A stretch of DNA of 64,000 nt from an uncultured Gemmatimonadales bacterium (GTDB lineage Bacteria > Gemmatimonadota > Gemmatimonadetes > Gemmatimonadales > GWC2-71-9), in contig CAWGED010000005.1 in the NCBI GenBank assembly GCA_963821525.1, positions 320,001 to 384,000 of the forward strand. The letters run 5' to 3'. A program made the position numbers and the translations under genes. This document shows, piece after piece, positions 63,622 to 64,000 of this stretch. Every line of letters begins with the position of its first letter. The stretch's first letter is position 1. Under the pieces are notes generated by a model that was not told the origin of the DNA, searched no databases, and worked only from the letters and a program-made list of their open reading frames with translations.

Positions 63622-64000
63622 GAGGCCACCGCTCCGGTTCCCAGTGCGGCGAGAGCGGTTTCCACCGCGGAAACCTGCGGTTCGAGCTGATTGGGCGCAC
63701 TGTCCCGCAGCGCGAAGAGTGCCTGGCGGGTGGGTTCGAAATCGAGTCCGACGGCGGTGGCGCCGCCTTCCAGGAGGGTCCCGGCTCTCCGGTGAAGTGC
63801 CACCAGCAACCGTATCAATTGATAGGTCTTCGGAATCGGCGAGCTGGCATCGTTCGGGTCGTAGGCGCTTTGACCCAGCACCGCCTCCCGGGCCAGTCGG
63901 GCGAGATCGAGCAGCACCCGATCCGAATCCTGAAGTGCTTCCGGCCCGACCAGCGCCGCGATCTCCCGCAACTCCTGTCCGCGCTGCAACAGGGTGAGCA
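63618..64000 (-). CDS. ntpA: V/A-type ATP synthase subunit A, C-terminal part
   Basis: LLQR..EL.EI..LVGPEAL...D...RE..LGQSAYDPNDA; immediately upstream of subunit B. Confidence 0.88.
   Translation of the reverse strand, partial: LTLLQRGQELREIAALVGPEALQDSDRVLLDLARLAREAVLGQSAYDPNDASSPIPKTYQLIRLLVALHRRAGTLLEGGATAVGLDFEPTRQALFALRDSAPNQLEPQVSAVETALAALGTGAVAS

Overview
High-GC (about two-thirds G+C by eye) bacterial chromosome segment. Gene content and protein style suggest Gemmatimonadota (inference). Many single-base indels split otherwise intact genes, most likely long-read assembly errors. The left ~36 kb is mostly housekeeping: Rieske/FAD oxidoreductase and MarR, sbcDC, GNAT, a probable 6S RNA, a PTPS-folE-SDR pterin cluster, M23 peptidase, acyl-CoA ligase, tldD/pmbA, ligA, pyrimidine-nucleoside phosphorylase, REC-HD-GYP, recF-DUF721-gyrB, crotonase, a peptide/lipoprotein/TPR-HD-GYP/TPR cassette, mtnA and glpK. 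Heptamer tandem arrays sit at several gene junctions. The region 36.1-61.4 kb is a redox island with 7 multiheme cytochromes (about 93 heme motifs counted by hand across frameshifts). It holds two porin-cytochrome conduits, a membrane-anchored ferredoxin-FAD/NAD(P) oxidoreductase and a CxxxY-type CcmE. Its central operon is built on a NapA homologue with Tyr at the Mo-ligand Cys position and many altered cofactor-contact motifs, followed by a doubled pentaheme NapB, a tetraheme lipoprotein and a tandemly duplicated NrfC-NrfD-SPFH module. That operon, a possible Nap-derived Qrc/ACIII-like complex, is the best candidate for an undescribed system. The window ends in V/A-type ATP synthase genes A(partial)-B-D.
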